A DNA stretch of 55,526 bases from Methanobacteriota archaeon (GTDB lineage Archaea > Thermoplasmatota > Poseidoniia > Poseidoniales > Thalassarchaeaceae). The translations under genes were made by a program, and so were the position numbers. Under the pieces are notes generated by a model that did no database searches, was not told the origin of the DNA, and saw only the letters and a program-made list of their open reading frames with translations. Below are positions 1-11,366 of this stretch, piece after piece. Numbering within the stretch: the first letter of the stretch is position 1; each line of letters begins with the position of its first letter. The DNA lies in assembly GCA_002708695.1 (NCBI GenBank), contig PAOZ01000044.1, forward strand, positions 1 through 55,526, given 5' to 3'.

Positions 1-1340
<1,340 letters not shown>

Positions 1341-1425
1341 TTAGTCGGAAGACCTTGTTTCTTTTTTTTTCATCGGAATTTATCTCTACATTATGATTAA
1401 ACAGGTATCGCTAGTCGGCGGTCTA

Positions 1426-2226
1426 ATGCCTCTCCCAAAAGTGTGTGTGACTCTTTCGGGTAACACTTTGGAAGAGATGCTAGAAGATGCTGCTTTGGCG
1501 ACAGCTGCTGGTGCAGATTTAATCGAAATTAGATTTGATAATCTTTGGTTGAAAAAAGTCGAAGTAATTGAAGAGGTTCAAGGCGATGAACAACGAAAAA
1601 GCAAGTCAAAGAAGTGGGAGTACCTTCCTATTCCCTTGGAAAATGTGAATGTGGATTCATGTATTGCTGCATTCAAGACCGGAATCACAATTCCCTATAT
1701 TTTTACTTGTAGGCCTAGACGCCAAGGAGGACATTTTCCAGGCGAAGAATCTGGAAGAATAGCCATATTGGAGAGTGCGATTAAATCTGGTTCTCCATTT
1801 ATTGATCTAGAAGTAGATATTGATTCTGATGAGCGTATGAAATTAATTTCTCTTGTTGACGATTCTACAAAGGTTATTGCTTCAGAACATGGTGGATCTC
1901 CTCCAGTAGTTGACGAGATACTTAGTCAAATTGATCAAATGTCATCTATGGGTTCTATTGTCAAGATTTGTTATCGTTTGACAACGAAGGGCGGTGCGTT
2001 GAGGGTATTGGAAGCTGCTAAATTGGTAGGAGAACGTGAAGATGAAGGCCCTGAAATCTGTATAATGGGTATTGGTGAGGGTGGAGATTGGTCGAGAATT
2101 CATGCACCTATTCTTGGCTCTTCATTAGTTTACTCAACAATGGAGGATTCGTTTGATGTAATCCGCCAAGGAAGAATAAATTTTGAAGATTTATTGATTG
2201 CTTGGGATTTATTAGAATATGAATAA
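1426..2226 (+). CDS. aroD: Type I 3-dehydroquinate dehydratase
   Basis: ADLIEIRFD, IFTCR..QGG, FIDLE, SEH (catalytic His), IVKI (Schiff-base Lys), MGIGEGGDWSRI. Start placed at the second Met (MPLPKVCV). Confidence 0.85.
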   Translation: MPLPKVCVTLSGNTLEEMLEDAALATAAGADLIEIRFDNLWLKKVEVIEEVQGDEQRKSKSKKWEYLPIPLENVNVDSCIAAFKTGITIPYIFTCRPRRQGGHFPGEESGRIAILESAIKSGSPFIDLEVDIDSDERMKLISLVDDSTKVIASEHGGSPPVVDEILSQIDQMSSMGSIVKICYRLTTKGGALRVLEAAKLVGEREDEGPEICIMGIGEGGDWSRIHAPILGSSLVYSTMEDSFDVIRQGRINFEDLLIAWDLLEYE

Positions 2227-3120
2227 TTAATCTTCATTCCTATATGCGCTAGGTATGTTTTGAGAATTTTCTACCATTGGCATTAATTCTAATTCTACTC
2301 CGCTATCGTCCCAATCTCCTTTTGCATATTTTTGATGGATGAAAATTGGCGCAAGGAGTACCATCAGAGGGAGAGAACAGCAAATCATGTAAACTGAGGT
2401 TTTAGGTAACAATACACGTTCTTCTACTAAAACTACAATCTGGGCAACCATATTTTGCCCCCTTGATGGAGCATCATTACTTCTTGAATTGTTTTTTGCA
2501 TCAAGAACTAGATACATACTATCATCATTTCCTGTTCCAAAAATTCCTTGCGAAGACGAACTTCCTCCATCTTCAAACGTTACAGAAAAATCGATATTTC
2601 TAGTATTTTCATATGCATGTATATCTCGATATGGTATCCATCCAAAAAATGAAAATAACGAGGGACTTACATTTTCCTCATCATCAAATGTATCGTCCCA
2701 TCTGTACCGATCATAATCGAGGTTTTCCATTAGGTATACATCTGCTAGAGGGTCTCCACTAACTGTTTGATTAGGTGCAGATGCAAAACTAACACAAAAT
2801 GTATACCTATATCCTTCAACCATTTTCATTCGAATTGCTGTATATGCTTGGTCTGAAACGTTAACAGATGTGACAAAGCCATTGGTTAATGGGCCAAGAT
2901 CCCCTCCTACGGAAAATGCTTCACTGAAGAAGAAATCTTCTCCCTTTATTTGATTATTTCCAGTTTCAATCAACTCTGCATCTTCTCCCCATTCAGGAGT
3001 AGTTTGTCCAGTAAGGGAACACGCTGAGGCCGCATTGACGTTTTCAGAGAATTGGGCACCTGATGGAATAAGCAAGGAAAAAACAATTATGAATAGAGGA
3101 AGAAAACGCCCACTTTTCAT
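2227..3120 (-). CDS. Hypothetical exported protein with C-terminal membrane anchor
   Basis: N-terminal signal-like hydrophobic stretch and C-terminal TM (VYMICCSLPLMVLLAPIFI). Starts 6 nt after the upstream gene's stop. Confidence 0.75.
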   Translation of the reverse strand: MKSGRFLPLFIIVFSLLIPSGAQFSENVNAASACSLTGQTTPEWGEDAELIETGNNQIKGEDFFFSEAFSVGGDLGPLTNGFVTSVNVSDQAYTAIRMKMVEGYRYTFCVSFASAPNQTVSGDPLADVYLMENLDYDRYRWDDTFDDEENVSPSLFSFFGWIPYRDIHAYENTRNIDFSVTFEDGGSSSSQGIFGTGNDDSMYLVLDAKNNSRSNDAPSRGQNMVAQIVVLVEERVLLPKTSVYMICCSLPLMVLLAPIFIHQKYAKGDWDDSGVELELMPMVENSQNIPSAYRNED

Positions 3121-3126
3121 TAAATT

Positions 3127-6100
3127 TCATCTCCGTCTTGAACCGACTGGGCGCACATATCCTGAATCACTACTTCGCCTATCTTCTCTGTCGAGGTTTT
3201 TCGGTTTTGTAGGTGGAGTATGTTGATCCATCCCGAGGATCCCTCCTTCTGTTTGAACTTCTGTGACATCATAGGTTGGTTGTTCATCAACCGCCTGTTC
3301 TTCTTCATTTGGTTGTCTCATTACTAACCAACCTAGAATTAATACAACTGCGACCAAAACTAGAATTAGCCAACTACTTCCATCGCTTGGTAGTAAATCA
3401 CTTAGTTCAAAGTCAGATAGAGATCTAGGTCCACTGTCATCGTTATCTGCAACTTCAATCTGGAAAGCTTTGATTGTACATGCATCTGTGTCATCACAGA
3501 CCATGGCAATTACGGTATATTCTCCGGATTCATTCCAACGTAAATTTGGCACCTCTGTAGAGATAATCCAATCATTTTGAAAATCTCCATCTTCATTCTC
3601 ATCAATCGATGGGTCAATATCCCAATATATCGTTAATTTATCGTTTAAAGCCTGATTTGGGTCATTATCTGTAATGCCATCAGAATCACTATCGCTCAAT
3701 ATGTCAGTGTCTCTAAATGCAGATATTCCCGATTTTATATCTTCATCTTCAACTGATAAGAGTAGAACAACTGATGATCCCAAATCAATTTCTTCTTCAA
3801 ACAGTGTATCTACAAGGATAGTAGGCGGAGTGCTAACATGTACTATCCGATGAGTTTGATTTGTATCTCCTGTACCATACCCGTCTCTTACTGTGAGAGT
3901 AACGAGATAACTACCAGGTAACGTGAATGTGTGCCAGATATTTTCTCCTGATGAAATAGGTGATGCATCTCCAAAGTTCCATGAATAAGATGTAATTCCA
4001 TTCCAACTTGGTGAGTTTTGATCAGGGTTATTCATCCCTTCAAATTTAGGATCGGCATCTCTTGAACCGCTTCCTGAGAAATATATTGGAACACCAGCTT
4101 TCACAAAGATACCTCCATCAGAGGCCAATGGATGCCAGAATTCGAATTCACTGATATTTTCACTAGGCGAAGTTACTAATTCTCCATTCAATGATGCTTC
4201 ATATGCAGTCATCACTGGCAATGGTAACGGATTTGCAATAGAAATGAGATATGATTTGAGATGTGATTCTAGTCCTAATTCGTCAATAATGAGTAATGAG
4301 ACAGTGTAGACACCCGGTTCTAGGAAAGTATGTACTACAGCACTTTGATTTGTTACTGGTTCTTCTCCTTCAATAGACCAAATTGTAGTCATTGCAGAAT
4401 CATCTCCATCAGGGTCGAATGAAGTGCTTTGGAAGGTATATTGTGTAGATACCGTACCGTCGGAAGGCCTTGAAAATAAAGCAACAGGTCTTTGATTCAA
4501 TACATTGACTGTGATGCTTGTTGTGCTTGTATTTCCATCATCATCAGTAACGCTAAGGTTGACAATTTTAACTCCAGACGTTCTCCATGCGACAGAAGGC
4601 GAAATCTGTTCACTAGTACTTTCTGTAAATGGTGAGAGTTGATTTAGTATTCCTCCTTCTAAGTTTACAGTTTCATCAAATGACCAAGTTACATTCTGGA
4701 TAATTCCATCATCGTCGACAAAAATTTCGGGCATTGTTAGGGGAGTCAGAGTGTATGTTTCCAAAATCTCATCAAAAATTAACCTCGGTGGTCGGTTTAG
4801 TATTGTGATATTTACTTCTAAATAAGAGGTGTGAATTCCATCTGAAACTGTAAGATTTAGCACATTCAACATCCCTTCGGAAGTTCCGACTAACCAAGCA
4901 TGATCAATTTCTACTAATCCAGTTCCACTGACAATCCTTCCATCTCCAAAGTTCCATGTGAAAAGTAATCCTTCATCTGGAACATTATCTTCTGTTGATC
5001 TCGCATCAAACAAAACTCGTTCGTTAGTTCGAAGGCTTAATCCATCTTTTATGTTGATTCCTTGTACTGTTAAGCCAATGATGGGATCAGAAGTATCGTT
5101 TACAGTTATATCCCAAATAACTGGATCAGATATTGCGCCACCTCTATCTTCAATTCTCGATTCAACGGTATAGTTTGATGCAACTATCCATTCATGAATT
5201 GGATTTTTCAGTCCAGAGAATGTCCCATCTCCGAAATCCCAAGAATAAGCAACAGGAGTTTCATTTTGACTGTATGTTTCGTTATCTATGCTGAATCCCC
5301 ATTCATCATATCCTGATCCGTAGAATTGTAGTCCAAGATAGGTTTGTGTAGCATTTGCTGCAGCATTACTTGCCGCAACTGGTTTCATGTTTGTTAAGTA
5401 AACAGGTGCAGAGATCGCTTCGTCAACTAAGGTCTGCCCATAGTTTCGTAATTCCACATCAAATTCCCAATTTCCGTCTTCTGGAACTGTAAAGAAAATA
5501 CTTGATTCAACCTCTATTCCATTTCCTGCTGCAACTTCGTATTCTATTGAATCATACAAAATATTGTCCTTGAATGCATGGACAGTTATATCAAGAATTT
5601 CAAAAAATGCAGTAGAATTCACTATTGTAGTTAGATTAACTGTGTCGGGACTGCCATTCAAATCTCGATCTATTGTTGATGTGGATCCAATACGCACAGT
5701 AGGTGGCTCTGAAATTAGAGCGGCAGTGACATCTACAGTTGCGGTAGGATATGCCGTAGATCCTCCGCTAAAACCGCAATTAGGGAATGTGTAATCACAA
5801 TCATCAACGGAACTCGCATACCATGTAATCAGATACGCATCATCCGTTGTATTTCCAAAACCTTCTACAACTCCAGTTCCAACTCCTGTGCCTGGATCGA
5901 ATCTTAAATCAAGTGTAGACCATGTTTGTGCAGCAGTGTCCTTTACTACAAGAATTCCATCAAATCCGAATTCTGAAGGCGTGACCATCACATTCAGAGG
6001 TGCACCAGTTCCTGACGAGAATCTCCAAGCTCTGACCCCCCATCCTTCCATATCATGATTTTGACTTGTGTATAATGAGCCCCAATTAAAGTTTTGATCA

Positions 6101-7272
6101 GTTAACTGTAATTTACAAAATGCTGAACCACTACAAGTCCCTCCCATGTCTATGTTGGAAAAACCGTACCGCCCTTGTTGACTGTCTAGCACTGCTGCGG
6201 CAGTGAAATTTGCAAAAATTTCATCCATAGTAGTGCCGATATTTGCAGGGGAACCGGGAACAGGATTTCTTGCTAGATTTTCTATTGAAGTTCCTCCTGT
6301 GGCAGTATCTGCAACCAAGCTTTGAATGGCTTGTCCTCCCCCAAACTTGTCTGCAAGATATAACATGAAAAGGAATCCTGCTCCATAGTCGCAATCTGCA
6401 CGTTGATTCCACCATCTTACACTACAAGACGCATTTGATGTCCATCCGTTGCTATGGCCAATCAACGTGCCTTCCGCTCCGAGGACTAAGAATGCCGCCA
6501 TATCTGCATTGCCTTCATCTATCCAGGCATATTCTAATGGATCTCTAGCATTATGTAGGAGATGTTGAAATTCGTGAGCAAAAATTACATTTCGCCATCC
6601 TAAGTCATCACTATCGACGAAAATAGCTTCTCTAGAGGTAGCAATTCCTGGTGAAAAATAACCCCCTATATTTGCTGGTCCATCTATTGCTAAAATGACA
6701 ATTTCAACCTGACAATTATTGTCTAGGTCTGAGGGGTTTCCAAAATAAGAAGTAACTGTGGGATAAATTGAATTGTCCCATGTAGATGCAATATCGTTGA
6801 TTGTAGTAGATGGAATATTGACTCCATTTTCAACAATAATTGCTGCTGATGACGTCACACGTTCGACTTCGGCAGCAATGTTTCCTCCAGCAGTAGGCAT
6901 GGTAACACTATCTCCTTGGTTCCAAGCATTTTCGCATGCTCTTGCTTGAGAGCGACTTTGTTTTGACAAAAATTCTGGGCTGAATGGCATGACCAAATCT
7001 GGCATATCTGCATCAATCCATTGATTCTTGAGATGTCGTGTTGCTGAGAAAACGGGGTCACCGGACGGGGTAGATAGATACGATTTACCAATCTCCTCTC
7101 CATCAAAATTGGAAATAGTGCCAGTAAATATTTCCGCCTCATCTTCATTGTTATCAGCAATAGCAATCATTGGAAGAAATGATACAAATAATAGCACAAT
7201 AACGAGAGTGTAACTTAGAGACCTCTTTTGGCGAATCGTAATCGACGTACCGCTCTGTGACATATCTATCAT
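3127..7272 (-). CDS. Large surface-anchored zinc metallopeptidase (M30/M6-like) with multiple PKD domains
   Basis: Signal peptide, AHEFQH (HExxH) plus downstream WIDEGNAD, repeated WDFGDG/WNFGDG PKD motifs, C-terminal TM and short cytoplasmic tail. Confidence 0.8.
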   Translation of the reverse strand: MIDMSQSGTSITIRQKRSLSYTLVIVLLFVSFLPMIAIADNNEDEAEIFTGTISNFDGEEIGKSYLSTPSGDPVFSATRHLKNQWIDADMPDLVMPFSPEFLSKQSRSQARACENAWNQGDSVTMPTAGGNIAAEVERVTSSAAIIVENGVNIPSTTINDIASTWDNSIYPTVTSYFGNPSDLDNNCQVEIVILAIDGPANIGGYFSPGIATSREAIFVDSDDLGWRNVIFAHEFQHLLHNARDPLEYAWIDEGNADMAAFLVLGAEGTLIGHSNGWTSNASCSVRWWNQRADCDYGAGFLFMLYLADKFGGGQAIQSLVADTATGGTSIENLARNPVPGSPANIGTTMDEIFANFTAAAVLDSQQGRYGFSNIDMGGTCSGSAFCKLQLTDQNFNWGSLYTSQNHDMEGWGVRAWRFSSGTGAPLNVMVTPSEFGFDGILVVKDTAAQTWSTLDLRFDPGTGVGTGVVEGFGNTTDDAYLITWYASSVDDCDYTFPNCGFSGGSTAYPTATVDVTAALISEPPTVRIGSTSTIDRDLNGSPDTVNLTTIVNSTAFFEILDITVHAFKDNILYDSIEYEVAAGNGIEVESSIFFTVPEDGNWEFDVELRNYGQTLVDEAISAPVYLTNMKPVAASNAAANATQTYLGLQFYGSGYDEWGFSIDNETYSQNETPVAYSWDFGDGTFSGLKNPIHEWIVASNYTVESRIEDRGGAISDPVIWDITVNDTSDPIIGLTVQGINIKDGLSLRTNERVLFDARSTEDNVPDEGLLFTWNFGDGRIVSGTGLVEIDHAWLVGTSEGMLNVLNLTVSDGIHTSYLEVNITILNRPPRLIFDEILETYTLTPLTMPEIFVDDDGIIQNVTWSFDETVNLEGGILNQLSPFTESTSEQISPSVAWRTSGVKIVNLSVTDDDGNTSTTSITVNVLNQRPVALFSRPSDGTVSTQYTFQSTSFDPDGDDSAMTTIWSIEGEEPVTNQSAVVHTFLEPGVYTVSLLIIDELGLESHLKSYLISIANPLPLPVMTAYEASLNGELVTSPSENISEFEFWHPLASDGGIFVKAGVPIYFSGSGSRDADPKFEGMNNPDQNSPSWNGITSYSWNFGDASPISSGENIWHTFTLPGSYLVTLTVRDGYGTGDTNQTHRIVHVSTPPTILVDTLFEEEIDLGSSVVLLLSVEDEDIKSGISAFRDTDILSDSDSDGITDNDPNQALNDKLTIYWDIDPSIDENEDGDFQNDWIISTEVPNLRWNESGEYTVIAMVCDDTDACTIKAFQIEVADNDDSGPRSLSDFELSDLLPSDGSSWLILVLVAVVLILGWLVMRQPNEEEQAVDEQPTYDVTEVQTEGGILGMDQHTPPTKPKNLDREDRRSSDSGYVRPVGSRRR

Positions 7273-7323
7273 CCTACATCGTTATGATGTCGTATTTAAG
7301 TCTCGATGGAGCGTGGTTCGTAC

Positions 7324-8313
7324 ATGCGCACTCGGGGCACTATACTGGCAGCACTCATCCTCCTGTCCATGATTATACTCAGTCAGTCTTTGAACCCCCC
7401 GATGATTAGTTCAACTGAACAGATGAAATTTTATGCGAATTCAGACCAGAATGAACCAGAAGAAATCAATTGGGAATTAATACAAAGTATCTCTAAAGAT
7501 TCAATAGTTTTCACTCAGGGACTAGAAATACATGATGAGATAATCTATGAGTCAGGAGGGTTATACGGACATTCATCAATCAGATCATTTGACCTCAATT
7601 CAGGGGTCCTCATTGAGACATTAAATATCTCTTCTGAATTATTTGCTGAAGGATTAACCATTTATGAGGGTGAAATCATCCTCCTCACTTGGAAATCGGG
7701 TAGAGTACTAAGATATTCAATGGACTTTGAAAGCAACAATGAATCGGTAATTCCAGGCGAAGGGTGGGGAATTTGTTCATTAAATGATAAATTTGCGATT
7801 TCAGATGGCTCATCCAAGATAACTTTCAGAAATCCTACAGATTTGATGGAAATATCATCAATAGATGTCAAATTAAATGGTGAATCGTTAGACAAAATTA
7901 ACGAATTAGAATGTGTAGGTGACAAGATATATGCAAATAGGTGGTACGATAATCGTATTTTTGAAATAGATATTGAATCAGGAATAGTTACGGCAATCTT
8001 TGATTTTTCATCATTGGTTGATGAACATGGTTCCTCCACTAGTGGCGAAGTGTTGAATGGAATTGCTTTTGATTCTTCATCGGGCGATTTTTGGATTACA
8101 GGTAAGAATTGGTCGAATTTCCATCGAATATCAATCGTTGTTGAAGATAACACCCTAATTGATAATTTTCAAGTGACTTACTTGATTGGAATTTTGATTA
8201 CTTTTGGCATAGTTTTCCCCTTCTTAGGTTTCTTTTTCTATTCTATCAAGGAACCGAAGGGGATTCAAGCCTTGACTACCCTCGGTAGGTTAGGGGGGGC
8301 GCCAAATGGATGA
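7324..8313 (+). CDS. Glutaminyl-peptide cyclotransferase (plant/bacterial beta-propeller type), membrane anchored
   Basis: FTQGL, YESGGLYGHS, FAEGL, LTWK, GEGWG, SDGSS, INELE, VLNGIA, TGKNW motifs; N- and C-terminal hydrophobic helices. Confidence 0.9.
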   Translation: MRTRGTILAALILLSMIILSQSLNPPMISSTEQMKFYANSDQNEPEEINWELIQSISKDSIVFTQGLEIHDEIIYESGGLYGHSSIRSFDLNSGVLIETLNISSELFAEGLTIYEGEIILLTWKSGRVLRYSMDFESNNESVIPGEGWGICSLNDKFAISDGSSKITFRNPTDLMEISSIDVKLNGESLDKINELECVGDKIYANRWYDNRIFEIDIESGIVTAIFDFSSLVDEHGSSTSGEVLNGIAFDSSSGDFWITGKNWSNFHRISIVVEDNTLIDNFQVTYLIGILITFGIVFPFLGFFFYSIKEPKGIQALTTLGRLGGAPNG

Positions 8314-9163
8314 AGATGAAGAGATTATTTCCGTTCGTGTAGTTGATGAATTTGATGATTTAGAAGCTGAACTAGATGGAAATTCAGATGAAGTCATAGT
8401 AGATTCTTCCGATATTCGCGAGGAAGCTAGTGAAATTGCAATTAGAGCAATTCATGATGGTTTGGAATTTGGCGGTAGCCTTTCTTCAGTACGTAGATCT
8501 GCAATTGTTCTTATTATCGCTGGAAGTTTACTTGGACTGTGGTTTGGTGTTCTTTCAATTGCCGCAGACCCTTCAGATATTTTAGGTGAAAATAATCAAG
8601 ATATGAATGCAGATCAGACGATTTCAGGATTGATTGTCACTGAAATTTTGGATGATGAGAATGGAGGCGATACTCCTCAAGGAATTGAAGTTCATTTATT
8701 GGATAGTTTTGGAGATTTTATTGATAGACAATTCACCGACCAAGACGGTCGTTTTCAATTTTCTAATTTAACCACTGAAGTAAGAATTATTGAAGTACGA
8801 TCAGAGGGCAATATTACCGAAAGAAGAATATTAATTCCTGGCGAAGTATCTCAGTTAACTATTACTTTAAGGTCGGGAGACGGTACCAATGAAGACGATC
8901 TTCGTTTGGCTAGTAATTTACAGGATAGCGTTACGGTAGCAACAATTACCGCTTTCTTTACTGTATTTTCTTCAGCATTAGGTTTTGGAGCAGCAATGGA
9001 GACTCTAAGAGGAAATTCATACAGGAGGGCACAATGGCTTTCTGGATTAGCCCTTTTTAGTAGAGGCGGAGTATTTATTGGTCCAGGATTGATTTTAGGA
9101 GGAATGGCTCTAAATCGTCTCGCTAAGCAGCAGTTCTCGGACCAAATGGAACCCGAGGAGTGA
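8306..9163 (+). CDS. Membrane protein with carboxypeptidase-regulatory-like (Ig-like) domain
   Basis: TM, then TDQDGRFQFSNL...IEVRSEG motif, then further TM helices. Overlaps the upstream stop. Confidence 0.65.
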   Translation: MDEDEEIISVRVVDEFDDLEAELDGNSDEVIVDSSDIREEASEIAIRAIHDGLEFGGSLSSVRRSAIVLIIAGSLLGLWFGVLSIAADPSDILGENNQDMNADQTISGLIVTEILDDENGGDTPQGIEVHLLDSFGDFIDRQFTDQDGRFQFSNLTTEVRIIEVRSEGNITERRILIPGEVSQLTITLRSGDGTNEDDLRLASNLQDSVTVATITAFFTVFSSALGFGAAMETLRGNSYRRAQWLSGLALFSRGGVFIGPGLILGGMALNRLAKQQFSDQMEPEE

Positions 9164-9167
9164 AGTC

Positions 9168-10517
9168 ATGTATCTGATTACTCTTGAAGGTGGAGATGGT
9201 TCTGGAAAGGGGACCGCCACCAAGATGGTGGAAGAAATTTTGCTTAAGGAGGCATCATTTTCTTCTGTTGAAGTAACTGCGGAACCTAGAAGAAACCATC
9301 CATTAGGTAAACTGGCCGTTGAATCTGTTCGAACTGGTGATGCAGGTCCATTACAGGAGGCCGGATTTTTTGCTGCGGATCGTTTAGATCATTCACACAT
9401 GTGGATTCGTCCTAGATTGGCAATGGGTTCAGCAGTAATATCTGAAAGGAATGTACATTCTTCATTGGTCTATCAAGGGATAGTTGGCGATTTGGGTTTG
9501 GATCAGGTTGCTAGACTTAATTCTGGGGCAATGATCCCTGACCTGACAATATGGTTGGATTGTGATCCAGAGGTTGCATTAAAGAGAATTAATCAGGGTA
9601 CTTTAAGGATGGAGACAATGAATAAAACTGAATATTTTGAGACTGATGAATTTCAGAAAAAAATACGTTCTGGATTCCATAGTTTACTGGGTGGAACTGT
9701 TCCAATGCCTCCTCCTTTCAATCAGGGAGAAATTGTGGGGCCAATTATGAATCATGGGACTGAAGGTGAATTAGAAGAAAAAATACGCCATACTATCCGT
9801 CGATTCCTCAATTCAAGACCTACTCCAAAAAATGTAAGTTTACAAGAAGTTGAATTGAATTTAATTCGTAAGTGCATTGATGCAAATGATGGTCAACAAA
9901 CACTAGACGTAGGTGCCTCTCCTAGTAAAGATCATGAAGATTGGCTTCAAGGCGAACCTCCTTGGAAGATAATTTCCAATGCTGTAAAGATATATTCAGA
10001 GGCTTGGGGTTCAACAAACCCTAAACTCGCCTCTACTGTTCCTAAGGTAGCACTTTCCGAGACAGTATTTTCGATCATTGGGACTCTTAGTATCATTTCA
10101 TCTGCAGATGTAAAGCAACTTCGTTCTGCTTTGGGGTCAGTGCGAACTGTTAGTCATAGGCATACTCAGAGAATGATTCAATTTTTAGACGCTCAACAAT
10201 GGATTAGAAGACATCGTACAATCTTGGGTCGTGAAGCACCAAGATCTGAATTAAGACCTGATTGGCAGGCGTTTGGTAAACTAGCGTTGTTGTTGGGTCC
10301 TCTTCGTTCTAGATTGCATGCATGGCATCGCAAGGCAGGTCCTTCACCTAGATGGAAAGATGCATTAACCCACATTCTGAGAGAGGGTGAGGATTCCACA
10401 ATTTCATCTGCTGAATTGTGTATTCAGCGATTTGATATTATTGGATCTGGGGGGTCGAAAGGTAATGAAATACCTGCAGATATCGATGAATTTAGGCGTT
10501 GGTATCGTGGAGATTGA
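9168..10517 (+). CDS. tmk: Thymidylate kinase with long C-terminal extension
   Basis: ITLEGGDGSGKGT P-loop, TAEP, FAADRLDH, ERNVHSSLVYQG, PDLTIWLD; about 230 extra C-terminal residues. Confidence 0.85.
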   Translation: MYLITLEGGDGSGKGTATKMVEEILLKEASFSSVEVTAEPRRNHPLGKLAVESVRTGDAGPLQEAGFFAADRLDHSHMWIRPRLAMGSAVISERNVHSSLVYQGIVGDLGLDQVARLNSGAMIPDLTIWLDCDPEVALKRINQGTLRMETMNKTEYFETDEFQKKIRSGFHSLLGGTVPMPPPFNQGEIVGPIMNHGTEGELEEKIRHTIRRFLNSRPTPKNVSLQEVELNLIRKCIDANDGQQTLDVGASPSKDHEDWLQGEPPWKIISNAVKIYSEAWGSTNPKLASTVPKVALSETVFSIIGTLSIISSADVKQLRSALGSVRTVSHRHTQRMIQFLDAQQWIRRHRTILGREAPRSELRPDWQAFGKLALLLGPLRSRLHAWHRKAGPSPRWKDALTHILREGEDSTISSAELCIQRFDIIGSGGSKGNEIPADIDEFRRWYRGD

Positions 10518-11276
10518 TTATTCCTCTTCCTTTACCTGAAAACGTGCCTCACCAGGAAGTAATACTTCCCAAGCTCCTTTGAATTCATTAGGTCGAGCAC
10601 TTAGACTTGCTACAAATACTAGACCTAGAGCAATTCCAAATCCTAATCCTGTGACCAAACGCAATAAATTATTGGATTCGTAATCCGTAAGTAATTGAGT
10701 AAATCCATCTATCCCCATAGGGATAATTAAGACTGCTGCAAAGCATAGACTTGTAACACCTCTTAGGTTTTTTTGATACACTATTTCTAACCATTCGTCG
10801 GGAAAAATCGATAGAAATGTATCTCTTAAAGTCCATCTGTTATGCCCCACTCGTCCAAAAATAGCCGCTCCAATTACAACTCCTGCAAATATCCCTACAT
10901 CTCTAGCACAAAAGGCGAGTTGATTTCCATTTATTTCCCATGATCTGTAATGTTTCTGATGACAATTAAGGTCCGCAAATCCATATGTAAAAGCCCAGAT
11001 TGGATTTAATTCAGACCAAGCAAAATAACCGCCGTGGGCTGATTGATTATGTCCTAATTTTGAACCTTCAGGCCAGTCATTATTTCCCCATCCCGTACTT
11101 CCATCTTGAGTCATGTAATCAATGGCATTTGCTCTACCGGATAGTTCGGGGATTGAATTCGATGGAAGAGCAATTGGAGCTAAAAATACAAGAAATAGGT
11201 ATCCTCCAAAGAAACCGGCAATGTAAATTGACATTTTTCTCTCTCTTTCACGGTCTTGCCTACCGTTTCGGAGCAT
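10518..11276 (-). CDS. DUF2085-like membrane protein
   Basis: CHQ...RS...GNQLAFCARDVGI and PMGIDGFTQ...YESNNLLRLVTG motifs. Start uncertain (11276 chosen; ORF track gives 11336). Confidence 0.8.
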   Translation of the reverse strand: MLRNGRQDRERERKMSIYIAGFFGGYLFLVFLAPIALPSNSIPELSGRANAIDYMTQDGSTGWGNNDWPEGSKLGHNQSAHGGYFAWSELNPIWAFTYGFADLNCHQKHYRSWEINGNQLAFCARDVGIFAGVVIGAAIFGRVGHNRWTLRDTFLSIFPDEWLEIVYQKNLRGVTSLCFAAVLIIPMGIDGFTQLLTDYESNNLLRLVTGLGFGIALGLVFVASLSARPNEFKGAWEVLLPGEARFQVKEEE

Positions 11277-11366
11277 GGTTAAACCACTCGCTCTTATGAT
11301 TTGAGTTTTAGGCCACTTGTTATCCGAATACATCATACGGTGACGCTTAGAGTATAGGGTGATAAG

